Shown here piece after piece: positions 1 to 9,100 of a DNA stretch of 64,000 bases. The translations under genes were made by a program, and so were the position numbers. The DNA is from Marine Group III euryarchaeote CG-Bathy1 (GTDB lineage Archaea > Thermoplasmatota > Poseidoniia > MGIII > CG-Epi1): positions 129,804 to 193,803 of the forward strand of contig MIYU01000001.1 in NCBI GenBank assembly GCA_001875425.1. The letters are read 5' to 3'. Within the stretch, counting starts at the first letter, position 1. Every line of letters starts with the position of its first letter. The notes beneath the pieces were generated by a model. The model saw nothing but the letters and a program-made list of their open reading frames with translations, was not told the origin of the DNA and did not search any database.

Positions 1-2
1 TT

Positions 3-509
3 TTAACTCATAAATTATTACCTCTTTTAGAACATAGCAAGACAGCCCGAATCGTAAACGTTGCTTCAATTGCCCATATACGAACTGATATGAATTTTGA
101 TAATTTAAACGGAGAGAAAAATTGGTCTTGGTATGGAGGGGGCTGGAATGCATACTGTTGTTCTAAATTAGCAAATATTATGTTTACTTATCATCTTTCT
201 AAAAAATTAGAAGGGAAACAGATTACAGCTAATTGTCTCCACCCCGGTTTTGTTGCTTCTAAATTCGGAGATAATAATGGTCTATTTTCACGCTCTATCA
301 TAAAAACAGCTAAATTTTTCGGAGCCATAGGTGTAAAAAAAGGATCCGAAACTAGCACATACCTCGCTTCTTCTGATGAAGTAGAAGGAATTTCCGGTAA
401 ATATTTTGCTTCATGCTCAGCACAAAAAAGCTCTAAACAATCGCACAATGAAAAAGATATTGAAAAATTATGGTCCATAAGTGAAGAATACACATCAGAA
501 TATCTTTGA
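3..509 (+). CDS. short-chain dehydrogenase/reductase (SDR), C-terminal part; 5' end is outside the window
   Basis: Frame 3 is open from base 3 (..RIVNVASIAH..). It carries the catalytic YxxxK motif (YCCSK) and HPGFVASKF, typical of classical SDRs. The listed ATG at 90 is internal. Confidence 0.8.
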   Translation, partial: LTHKLLPLLEHSKTARIVNVASIAHIRTDMNFDNLNGEKNWSWYGGGWNAYCCSKLANIMFTYHLSKKLEGKQITANCLHPGFVASKFGDNNGLFSRSIIKTAKFFGAIGVKKGSETSTYLASSDEVEGISGKYFASCSAQKSSKQSHNEKDIEKLWSISEEYTSEYL

Positions 510-1319
510 TTAAGTAAAAGATCTGAGGAGAACGGCTGCCATAATAATAGTCATAATAATCATCAAAATTTCTCCTATTGCAGCAGCAGCACTATCATTT
601 TCAACATAACAAGCATATCGTTCTTCTTTCATTTTTAGAATAGATTCTTTCTCTATATCTGAATCATATCTAAATACTGGATTTGGACTTTCTCCTTGAG
701 GTTTTCTCATTTTATTTAATTCTCCCTTTGAATATGCCTCCAAAGCTTCTTTCATCAATGTCGCTGCTGTAATCAATGTTTTGTAACAAGCATCTTGGTA
801 TGTTTCCCCTCTTTTCATACCAATTTCACGTTTCCCAACTAAATCTCCTGCATCTATTTCGGATGAACAAAAATGACAACTACTTCCTATCGGTATGTCA
901 TGATATATACTCCATGCAGGTGATGCCGAACCACGACATTCGGGCAGTAGTCCTGGATGTGAATTAAGTACGCCATCTCTTTTTTCTCCATATTCTAAAA
1001 TTTTTCCCCTAATAATACGAGTCCCTCCGAATATAATCATTTGAGGGGATATTTTCTCAATAAATTCCATACAATGTTCATCATTATGAATGGGCACTGT
1101 TTCTACAGGTATGTCATTATTTTTTGCTTGAATTGAAATCAATTCTCCAATTTCATTATCGCCAATACGGAATTCAAATTTTTCTCTTTCAATTCCACCC
1201 ACTTCCGAGTCTTCTTCTATTATGAGTGCAGGTTTCAATCCCGCACTAATAAGTTGAGATAACATCTCCCTTCCCCACGGGTGCTCTTTGATTGCCATGA
1301 ACACAAAATGAGGTTTCAT
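510..1319 (-). CDS. formyltransferase-fold protein (Fmt/PurN-like) with a hydrophobic C-terminal tail
   Basis: Contains 'VLNSHPGLLPECRG' (the N-x-H formyltransferase motif) followed by 'EIDAGDLVG' (catalytic Asp context). The C-terminus 'ILMIIMTIIMAAVLL' looks like a TM tail anchor. ATGA overlap with the upstream RidA gene. Confidence 0.7.
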   Translation of the reverse strand: MKPHFVFMAIKEHPWGREMLSQLISAGLKPALIIEEDSEVGGIEREKFEFRIGDNEIGELISIQAKNNDIPVETVPIHNDEHCMEFIEKISPQMIIFGGTRIIRGKILEYGEKRDGVLNSHPGLLPECRGSASPAWSIYHDIPIGSSCHFCSSEIDAGDLVGKREIGMKRGETYQDACYKTLITAATLMKEALEAYSKGELNKMRKPQGESPNPVFRYDSDIEKESILKMKEERYACYVENDSAAAAIGEILMIIMTIIMAAVLLRSFT

Positions 1320-1687
1320 TTGTGAGCTACCACTTTGAATTCTACAGCAATTGGTGTCGGAAGTGCCCCCACTTCAATAGTCGTACGTGTAACTTCATAT
1401 CCTTTAAGGTATTCTCCATATATTTCATTGAATTTTTTAAAATCGTTTTCCATATTTGTCAAAAACACCATTATGTCTACTACATTTTCCATTTCTAGAT
1501 CACACGCTTCTAATACGGCTTTAACATTTCTAAATACTGCATGTGTCTGAGCTTCTATCCCATCAGGTATCTCATCTGTTTTCGGTTCTCTAGGGCCTAT
1601 TCCTGATAAGAATACAAATCCATCAACTTCTTTTGCATGAACGTATGCTCCAATAGGCTTTGCAGATTTTTCAGTATTAATCGCCAT
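1316..1687 (-). CDS. RidA/YjgF-family enamine/imine deaminase (2-aminomuconate deaminase AmnD-like by context)
   Basis: 'KPIGAYVHAKEVDGFVFLSGIGP' and the C-terminal 'IEVGALP..VEFKVVA' match RidA. I prefer the ATG at 1687 (MAINTEK..) over the ORF-track start at 1732, which overlaps the upstream gene by 56 nt. Confidence 0.8.
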   Translation of the reverse strand: MAINTEKSAKPIGAYVHAKEVDGFVFLSGIGPREPKTDEIPDGIEAQTHAVFRNVKAVLEACDLEMENVVDIMVFLTNMENDFKKFNEIYGEYLKGYEVTRTTIEVGALPTPIAVEFKVVAHK

Positions 1688-2636
1688 CAGTTCCTTCCAT
1701 TGTTCCCATTTCAACTTGCCGATATAAATCAAGAACTTCTAAATCGCCTTCATAAACTTCAGGATTTTCTTCATCATATTCTAAATCTCCAGTGCCTTTT
1801 TCCACGGGAGTCAAGGAAACTACAGCACCTCCTGTTCCTATTATTGGCTCATAAGCATGTATTTTTCCAGAATAAAGATTGCTTTGTCCCATGATTGCAG
1901 AAAGCCACCAAAATGGCTTAAAACTTACAACCTTTGGAACTCTCGCTTCTTGATGAAATTGCCGAGATAGCTGAGATACATCTTCCAATCTTCCTTTTTC
2001 TAAATATTCTAAAAATTTTCTATTCCATTCATCATCTTTAGAAGAATGTATCTTATCATTTTCTGCATTCATAGGTGTTGTAATCAATCTGTTAGAAAGA
2101 CTACCTACTACTACTGCAACAGCCTTTCTTTTCTGTTCCCGAACTGCATCTCTCAAAGCTTTACCTAGTACTACAGTTTCAGATCTATTTGCATAAACAT
2201 TACTACTAACTATTATTGCAGGTATTGAATTTTTTGGATTCAAGAGTTTTAAAGCAACTACGGATCCAGTATCTATGGGAAATCCATCATATGCCACAGT
2301 ACGTGTATGGAGCCCCCTTTCTTCACATGTATTTTTACAATGTTTTGCAAACTCAGAATCTATTTTGAATTTATACGGCATACTCCCTAATTCATGAAAT
2401 TCCTCATCAACATGTGTCCATTCAGGATTAGGCATCGCTTGTATTTGATGTCCTAATACCGAAGGCCAATATGTGCTATAAATTATTAATAAATCAGCAT
2501 CACTCTCTTCTATTTCCTTTTTACCTACTTCAAATCCGTCTCTAATAGCTCCCCATCCTTTATTTTTTTCAGGACAGAGTAAGGGGTGTGGCAATCCAGG
2601 AACTAACATTCCAAGTTTGATTACATCATCTCTCAT
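1677..2636 (-). CDS. LigB-family extradiol dioxygenase paralogue, probably a non-catalytic alpha-type subunit (AmnA-like)
   Basis: Same fold signature as the upstream gene ('LVPGLPHPLL'). The second metal-ligand region reads 'IIYSTYWPS' where the partner has 'IHTPHW'. ATGA overlap with the upstream gene. Confidence 0.65.
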   Translation of the reverse strand: MRDDVIKLGMLVPGLPHPLLCPEKNKGWGAIRDGFEVGKKEIEESDADLLIIYSTYWPSVLGHQIQAMPNPEWTHVDEEFHELGSMPYKFKIDSEFAKHCKNTCEERGLHTRTVAYDGFPIDTGSVVALKLLNPKNSIPAIIVSSNVYANRSETVVLGKALRDAVREQKRKAVAVVVGSLSNRLITTPMNAENDKIHSSKDDEWNRKFLEYLEKGRLEDVSQLSRQFHQEARVPKVVSFKPFWWLSAIMGQSNLYSGKIHAYEPIIGTGGAVVSLTPVEKGTGDLEYDEENPEVYEGDLEVLDLYRQVEMGTMEGTDGD

Positions 2637-3538
2637 TTTTCACCTCTTTCAGAATCCCATTCAATGATGGCGTTACCAGTTCCTATTACACTTCCATACG
2701 CATGTATTTTTGCTTCATACTTTGGAAAATCAAGTGCACTGATTAACCAAGTTAAACTTCCTGCATCAGTTTCTGCCATTGTTTGTTCCGTAAAATCTGG
2801 CATGATGTCTATCAATTCTCTATTTTTCCCCTTTAACATTAAATTAATTATTTTCATATCCCAAATGTATTGGTTATGATTCGTTACATGTTCTTTACTC
2901 ATATCTTCTGGCAACTCTGGCTCTACCGTAAAGTGTCTATGAGATAAAGAATTAGATGAAAGTAACAATGCTCGCTTACCACTTTTTTCAATCGCTTCTC
3001 TCGTCGCTTTACCGAGTTTTAACATATTGGCTTGCATAATTTCGTGTGAAAAATAACTAGATGCTCGATTGGATGAAATTACAACTATAGGTTTATCCCA
3101 TTCAGGTCTGGTTAAGTGACAACTGGTAATGGTTCCATAATCTATTCTAAAATCAGGATTTTCCATCATTTTTACATGCAATCCTTCCTTTTCTGCAATA
3201 TTATGTATTTCACGAGATAATTCTACATCAACGTTTAAGTCATAATCATATCTAAAAAGATTAGGAAATACGGGATCAACCGATTTTGATTTGAAATTTT
3301 CCACTCCCAAGAAGTGAGTTCCAATGAATGTTTGCCAATGCGGTGTATGTATTACTATGACATCAAATTCCTTATCACTCATACTTTCACGTAATCGTTC
3401 ATAGCCCCATCTTAATTCCTCCCATCCACCTTCCGATACAGGTTCATTTTGTGGCGGATTTTCTGCATATACTAAATGAGGTGGATGGGGGGCTAATGCT
3501 CCCATGACAATTTTTCCCTTTTCACTCATTTTTTTCAC
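2633..3538 (-). CDS. LigB-family class III extradiol ring-cleavage dioxygenase, catalytic beta-type subunit (AmnB-like)
   Basis: 'GALAPHPPHLV' and 'VIVIHTPHWQT' are histidine motifs characteristic of LigB/AmnB-type dioxygenases. The start is uncertain (M1, M4 or M12). Confidence 0.75.
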   Translation of the reverse strand: MKKMSEKGKIVMGALAPHPPHLVYAENPPQNEPVSEGGWEELRWGYERLRESMSDKEFDVIVIHTPHWQTFIGTHFLGVENFKSKSVDPVFPNLFRYDYDLNVDVELSREIHNIAEKEGLHVKMMENPDFRIDYGTITSCHLTRPEWDKPIVVISSNRASSYFSHEIMQANMLKLGKATREAIEKSGKRALLLSSNSLSHRHFTVEPELPEDMSKEHVTNHNQYIWDMKIINLMLKGKNRELIDIMPDFTEQTMAETDAGSLTWLISALDFPKYEAKIHAYGSVIGTGNAIIEWDSERGEK

Positions 3539-4982
3539 CCATTTCGATACAGACGTTCTGTAACTCTGAAAAGAAGTCTAAAGAGTATCTGCCCCCTTCT
3601 CTACCCACACCTGAATCTTTCATTCCACCAAACGGCACCCTCAAATCTCTCAAGAGCCATGTGTTTACCCAAACCATTCCAGATTCTAAATCTGCACTTA
3701 TTCTATGTGCACGCGATAAATCGCTAGTCCACACGCTAGCAGCCAATCCATAGTTAACAGAATTAGATATTGCAACAGCTTCTTCTTCTGTCTCAAATGG
3801 ATGTATTGTAGCTACAGGCCCAAATATTTCTTCCGTTGCTGTGCGGCAATTCGGAGGTAAACCTGAAATTATTGTGGGTTCTAAAAATGCACCATTATTC
3901 CAAGGATTTTTCAATTCTGGCCGTTTACCTCCACATTCAATACGCCCACCTTCTTCAATCCCCAATCTTATGTATTCCTCAACTTTATCACGGTGTTCGT
4001 GAGATATAACTGCTCCCAAATCTACATTTTTGTCAGAAGGATTTCCAATTTTCATTTTCTTCGTAGCTTTTACTATCCCTTCTAAAAATTGGTCATGAAT
4101 TTTACGTTCTACTAATATTCTAGAACCGCATAGACATACTTGTCCTTGATTTGTAAATGCCGCTCTCACTGCGCCATTTATCGCTTTATTTAAATCTGCA
4201 TCAGCAAAAACTATCGTTGGATTTTTTCCACCCAATTCTAATGATATCTTTTTAAAAGTTGAAGAAGCAGCCTCTGAAACTTTCGCTCCAGCATCCGTAG
4301 AACCCGTGAATGATACGGCAGCTACATCTTGATGTAAAGATAGAGGCTTACCTACTTTAGATCCAGATCCATGTACTAAATTGAAAACTCCATTTGGAAG
4401 TCCAGCTTCATTCATAATCTCTGCTAATGCCGAAGCTGTTAACGGAGTCATGGAGCTAGGTTTCGCTACAACCGTATTACCCATAACTAATGCAGGAGCT
4501 GTTTTCCACGATAGTAAATATATCGGTAAATTCCAAGGCGTTATCAATGCAACAACTCCTAACGGCTTTCTTAAAGTATAATTTACAGCATTTTTCATTT
4601 TATGAAATCCCAATTCATCATGCCGCGCTGCGCCTGCAAAAAAGCGAAAATTAGCAATAGCTCGAGAAATATCTGTATCAAATGCCAACCTAATTGGTTT
4701 ACCCGTGTCTAATGATTCTAATTCAGCTAATTGCTGTTTTCTACTTTCTATAATATTTGCAATTTTCTCTAAAATATCTGCACGTTCATCTACACTTTTA
4801 GCACTCCATTTAGGCAACGCACTCTTCGCTGAATAAACTGCAGCATCTACATCAGATTTATCGCCAAGAGGGACTTTAGAAATTATATCGCCCGTGGCAG
4901 GATTTCTATTTTTCATATACTTACCAGATACGGGTGTATGGAATTTTCCATTAATATATTGTTTAAGCTCCATCACTTTCAT
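3522..4982 (-). CDS. NAD(P)+ aldehyde dehydrogenase (2-aminomuconate/2-hydroxymuconate semialdehyde dehydrogenase-like by context)
   Basis: ALDH hallmarks are present: 'ELGGKNP', 'FTNQGQVCLCGSRILV' (catalytic Cys) and 'EEIFGPV'. ATGA overlap with the upstream gene. Confidence 0.9.
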   Translation of the reverse strand: MKVMELKQYINGKFHTPVSGKYMKNRNPATGDIISKVPLGDKSDVDAAVYSAKSALPKWSAKSVDERADILEKIANIIESRKQQLAELESLDTGKPIRLAFDTDISRAIANFRFFAGAARHDELGFHKMKNAVNYTLRKPLGVVALITPWNLPIYLLSWKTAPALVMGNTVVAKPSSMTPLTASALAEIMNEAGLPNGVFNLVHGSGSKVGKPLSLHQDVAAVSFTGSTDAGAKVSEAASSTFKKISLELGGKNPTIVFADADLNKAINGAVRAAFTNQGQVCLCGSRILVERKIHDQFLEGIVKATKKMKIGNPSDKNVDLGAVISHEHRDKVEEYIRLGIEEGGRIECGGKRPELKNPWNNGAFLEPTIISGLPPNCRTATEEIFGPVATIHPFETEEEAVAISNSVNYGLAASVWTSDLSRAHRISADLESGMVWVNTWLLRDLRVPFGGMKDSGVGREGGRYSLDFFSELQNVCIEMGEKNE

Positions 4983-6079
4983 TGTTTAGTCTCGTGTTCG
5001 TTAGGGTCGAAATACCATCTATCATTATCAGGATCCCATTCATCCCAAGTATATATCTCCTTCAATGACGGTAAGTATTCTGATGGTACTATCCCCGACA
5101 CTAGAAATGCCTTCTGTCTTCTTAACGAGTATGGATTTCTCAATTTCATACCAAGAACTCCTAAAATTCCTCTAGCAACATACCATGCTGCTTGAGGATT
5201 CCATCCATGAGCTATTTTCACTACAACTCCTAATCCCTTTGGATAATCTTTATGTTCTATTGCCATTCCAAGGAGTCCATCTGCTCCCTCTTTAGCTATT
5301 ACTTTCCCTTTACAAGATTTTATAATAGTTGTATCTAGTCGATTAAAACCACCTACTAAGTCTGGATTCTTTACAATAGCATCCCAAATCCAATCCTCTT
5401 TTTTATTCGAAACAATACCTGCATAACAAGTAGCTAATTCATTTACAGTATTCGATACAGTAGGAAATCCATCACCATCTCTTGCTATTCTTTCAGGTTT
5501 CCATTCTTCTCCTAAAAAACGCTTAACTTGTTTTAAGTATTCAAAGAAAAATTCATGACTTGGTAGCGTATAGCCTGCCCTATTCCAACCCTTTTTTCTA
5601 CAACCTAGAAGAATTGCAGCATGTTGACCTGAAGAATTCGAATACCATCGACGAGCTCTTCTAACTTGTCTACCAAATTGAATCAAAGGAAGGTCAAGAG
5701 GCGTTTGCATCAACCCCCATTCTGCTCGAGGAAGTAACGATTGCGCAGTTTTGACATGTTCTGCAGTTCCATTATGGCTAGAAACAGAAATTGCTTTTTG
5801 CTCCCAACTTAACTCTTCCAATTCTTCTGAAAATACTTTGAGCATTAATGGTTTCATCATAGAACGCCCATAGCATAGAACATTACCTCCAAAACTATGT
5901 ATAATTTCGTCGCCACTTGCCCAAGAAACAGCCCCGTGTATTGTCGTTTCCGAAACGCCATTACGTCTATAATCAACTAATGGTTCCCATTCTACATCTC
6001 TTCCTGTTGGCACTTCTCCATCCGTATCTCCCAAGGGGTTGCTTGGATAGAGGTTCTCAATTTCTTTTGGATGTGTCAT
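4979..6079 (-). CDS. asparaginase II-family (Pfam Asparaginase_II-like) amidohydrolase
   Basis: 'RSMMKPLM', 'SSHNGTAEHV', 'NSSGQHAAILLGC' and 'DGDGFP' match my recollection of the thermolabile asparaginase II family motifs. Confidence 0.7.
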   Translation of the reverse strand: MTHPKEIENLYPSNPLGDTDGEVPTGRDVEWEPLVDYRRNGVSETTIHGAVSWASGDEIIHSFGGNVLCYGRSMMKPLMLKVFSEELEELSWEQKAISVSSHNGTAEHVKTAQSLLPRAEWGLMQTPLDLPLIQFGRQVRRARRWYSNSSGQHAAILLGCRKKGWNRAGYTLPSHEFFFEYLKQVKRFLGEEWKPERIARDGDGFPTVSNTVNELATCYAGIVSNKKEDWIWDAIVKNPDLVGGFNRLDTTIIKSCKGKVIAKEGADGLLGMAIEHKDYPKGLGVVVKIAHGWNPQAAWYVARGILGVLGMKLRNPYSLRRQKAFLVSGIVPSEYLPSLKEIYTWDEWDPDNDRWYFDPNEHETKQ

Positions 6080-7344
6080 TTTCTAAGCTCCTTTATTCTA
6101 GGAACTACTTTTTTCATGAATGCTTCCATATTTCTAATAACTCTGTCTGAATCATGATTGAAAAAATCAAACCAAGCCATAACACAATCTTCAGAATGGA
6201 ATCGTTCAACCATCTGTTTAGCTATGTCTTCTGTATTTCCAATTACTGCATTATCTGCAGCTTTCGAAACTTTCATCGGATCTATAGTTCCTTCAAGAGC
6301 TCCCCAATATGAATTCAAGGCTTTCTCAGCTTCACACTTTGCCTGTTCCGTTTTCTCCTTTTCTGAAAGTCCGTTTTCGTCATTAATGAATATCATAATA
6401 GTTCTAGGCATGTATTCTCTCTTCCAAACACCTCCTTCAGGATGATAGTGTTCCATCATTCGTTCATGAGTTTTTTCTATTACTTCTGGCGGGGTTATCG
6501 ATAAATTAAATGTTTTTACAGGTCTTATTTTATTTACCTTTTTTTGCAATTCTGGATCATGTGAACCTAATACAAGATCAAGTAACTCTCTATTCCAATT
6601 TTGAGGTATATTTTTTACATCTTCAAAGTTATATCTTTTAGGTATTTCTATTTTTTCAGGCATCTTTTCCAAACTATCTCTTTCCATAGCTGCTATCTGT
6701 ACTCTTTTCCAATCTTCATCACTTCGAAATAATTTTCGCTCTAACACCGTCTCTGATATCATATTGCTATTGATAGTTTCTCCATTTATCAATCTCAAAA
6801 AGATTTCACAAGCTTCAGAAAATATTTGCCCTCTAAGAGCAGGCCATGCTTCCTCTTCAACAGAATCTCTTGGAACAATTCCATACGGTCTTGCCATAAA
6901 TTCAAATCTTCCTGCAGAAAATCCAATACGTAGTTTCCGTTTCTCTTCTTTTTTTAGTCCATGAAGTGCAATGAATGCACCTACTCTTTCTGCTATTCCA
7001 ATAGGTCCTCCATGTGTCAAAATACTCATTACCGCCGATCCAACATTTATTTTTTCGGTAGATAAAAATACAAGGTGAGCTAACTGAAAAAAATCTGTAC
7101 AAAGCCCCACCTCTCCTTTCCAATGAGGCACTACTGGATTTTTATTATTTTTCTGAATCTCCGTTGAGAGGTGTGCTTGGGCTACCCATGCCGTTTCAAA
7201 TCCTAATTCATCCGCAGCCTTTACCTGTTCAAAAAAATGCTCAAACATTTTTTGTTCAGTAGGCATTTCACCTTCTACAGGCGTTTGGCATATAGATAAA
7301 AAAATGTCAATTTTCATTTCAAATAGAATTCGTCCTTCCACCAT
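6076..7344 (-). CDS. luciferase-like (LLM class) flavin/F420-dependent oxidoreductase or monooxygenase
   Basis: N-terminus 'MKIDIFLS...FEQVKAADELGFETAWVAQAHLS' is typical of the LLM family. The more likely start is the ATG at 7317 (MKIDIF..). Confidence 0.7.
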   Translation of the reverse strand: MVEGRILFEMKIDIFLSICQTPVEGEMPTEQKMFEHFFEQVKAADELGFETAWVAQAHLSTEIQKNNKNPVVPHWKGEVGLCTDFFQLAHLVFLSTEKINVGSAVMSILTHGGPIGIAERVGAFIALHGLKKEEKRKLRIGFSAGRFEFMARPYGIVPRDSVEEEAWPALRGQIFSEACEIFLRLINGETINSNMISETVLERKLFRSDEDWKRVQIAAMERDSLEKMPEKIEIPKRYNFEDVKNIPQNWNRELLDLVLGSHDPELQKKVNKIRPVKTFNLSITPPEVIEKTHERMMEHYHPEGGVWKREYMPRTIMIFINDENGLSEKEKTEQAKCEAEKALNSYWGALEGTIDPMKVSKAADNAVIGNTEDIAKQMVERFHSEDCVMAWFDFFNHDSDRVIRNMEAFMKKVVPRIKELRK

Positions 7345-8056
7345 CTACTGGAAGACTAACCCCCCTCACAAAACTCGCTTCCGGCGATGCCAAAAAAGCC
7401 ACAACACTTCCCAATTCTGAAGGGGTCGCAAGCCTCCCTTCAGGTACTGTTTCTAACCAAGTACGCTCAACATCTTCTGCCGTGCAATTACGTTGTTTAG
7501 CTAAAGTTTTTTTCAATTCTTCTAATCTTCCGGTTGATGTAAAACCAGGCAGAACATTGTTAATTGTAATTCCTTTTGGTAATTCTTTGGACATCGTTTT
7601 CGACCAAGATGCCATCGCACCCCTTATTGTATTACTAACTCCAAGTCCAGCTATAGGTTCTTTTACAGATGTCGAAATAATATTAATAATTCTTCCATAT
7701 TCTGATTTTTCCATACCAGGTAAAAGTAAACTAACTAATTTCTGCGATGCGAGTACATGTCTTCTAAAGGCCTTTTCAAATTCCTCTACTTTTGCTTCAA
7801 CAATCGACCCAGAAGGTGGGCCTCCTGAATTATTTATTAAAATTTGATAGTTTCCATTTGTTTCTATATCTTTATTTACTTTTTCTTCCAAACTTTCTAT
7901 ATCTTCCATATCACAAGATATATTATTTTCACCCATTGCAGTACGGGCCAAAATAGTCACCTTCGCTCCTCTTTTACTAAGTTCTTCAGCAGCAGCCTTA
8001 CCGATTCCTTTAGTCCCTCCACATACTAATGCCCTATATTCCTTCAAGTCATTCAT
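7319..8056 (-). CDS. SDR-family oxidoreductase (FabG-like)
   Basis: 'ALVCGGTKGIGKAAAEEL' is a Rossmann TGxxxGxG motif; 'NNSGG' is also present, and the length is typical. 8-nt overlap with kynA. Confidence 0.85.
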   Translation of the reverse strand: MNDLKEYRALVCGGTKGIGKAAAEELSKRGAKVTILARTAMGENNISCDMEDIESLEEKVNKDIETNGNYQILINNSGGPPSGSIVEAKVEEFEKAFRRHVLASQKLVSLLLPGMEKSEYGRIINIISTSVKEPIAGLGVSNTIRGAMASWSKTMSKELPKGITINNVLPGFTSTGRLEELKKTLAKQRNCTAEDVERTWLETVPEGRLATPSELGSVVAFLASPEASFVRGVSLPVDGGRTNSI

Positions 8057-9062
8057 TTGTTTCTCCTACAAAACTATAAAATTCAGAATTTTTTAATTCA
8101 GGCAATTCTTCTTTTTTAATTAAAATAGTTCTCACACCCCATAAATCAGTAAACACACGGTATCTCGATGTTCTATCTAGATAATCTACACCAGATGAAC
8201 CTCCTGTACCTATTCTACGCCCAATCATCCTTTCAACCATACGTGCATGTGATGACCTCCATAACAACATCGATTCTTCCAATTCTACCATGGTGTCGAT
8301 TAGTTTTCTTGGCCAAGATAATAGGGGGAGTTCACGATACGATTCTATAAATAAAAGTCCAGCACGAGCTCGATCACATTCACCGTTCGGTTTCAAAAAT
8401 TCAGATGCTTGTTTATTCACATCTTTAAACCTATTACTAGTTTCATCATCATCATTATTAGACAATGCATGGGCGGCTTTTTCACCCAATTTAAGATGTA
8501 TATCTAAGTATTCATTTACAAATTCTGAAACTGCTTGACCATCATTAGAGTCATTCGGCAATGATCCCTGTATTGGCGTTCTTGCAAGCCATTTAGTCAC
8601 AACTTCTTGTATCGATTTTTCATTTATCTTATTTTCTATTTTTTTCCCATCAATCCAAAAATCACCCATTATTGCTTCCATCGTTCTCATCTGTTTCGAT
8701 TCAAAACCAGAAGCCGTTCCCAATTCATCTCTAAATGACAAAAATCCTTGGGGGGTAAGAGTTTCCATAACTTTCCATTGTTGCGCCATCAATCTAAAAG
8801 TTTCAATTCCTCTCTCCATATGATGAACTGCTTTCGGTATTTTCGTCTCCTCAACGTAGCTTTCATCTAAAGTATCTCTCGCCTGTCTCAATTCACTAAT
8901 CACTAGTTTAAACCAAAGTTCAAATGATTGATGCACTATTATGAAATGTAGTTCATCTGAGCTTATATTTTCTTCTTTTTCTTTCCACCCACTCTGTAAA
9001 GATAGTAATTCTTTCAATCTCAAATATTCTGGGTAACTTCCCTTATCTGTAGGCGTAGGCAT
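8049..9062 (-). CDS. kynA: tryptophan 2,3-dioxygenase
   Basis: 'YPEYLRLKELLSLQ' and 'DELHFIIVHQSFELWFKL' are signature TDO motifs. First gene of the operon. Confidence 0.85.
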   Translation of the reverse strand: MPTPTDKGSYPEYLRLKELLSLQSGWKEKEENISSDELHFIIVHQSFELWFKLVISELRQARDTLDESYVEETKIPKAVHHMERGIETFRLMAQQWKVMETLTPQGFLSFRDELGTASGFESKQMRTMEAIMGDFWIDGKKIENKINEKSIQEVVTKWLARTPIQGSLPNDSNDGQAVSEFVNEYLDIHLKLGEKAAHALSNNDDDETSNRFKDVNKQASEFLKPNGECDRARAGLLFIESYRELPLLSWPRKLIDTMVELEESMLLWRSSHARMVERMIGRRIGTGGSSGVDYLDRTSRYRVFTDLWGVRTILIKKEELPELKNSEFYSFVGETNE

Positions 9063-9100
9063 ACTTTGCTAAATTTAGACGGAATATAAAGTATAGAGGT

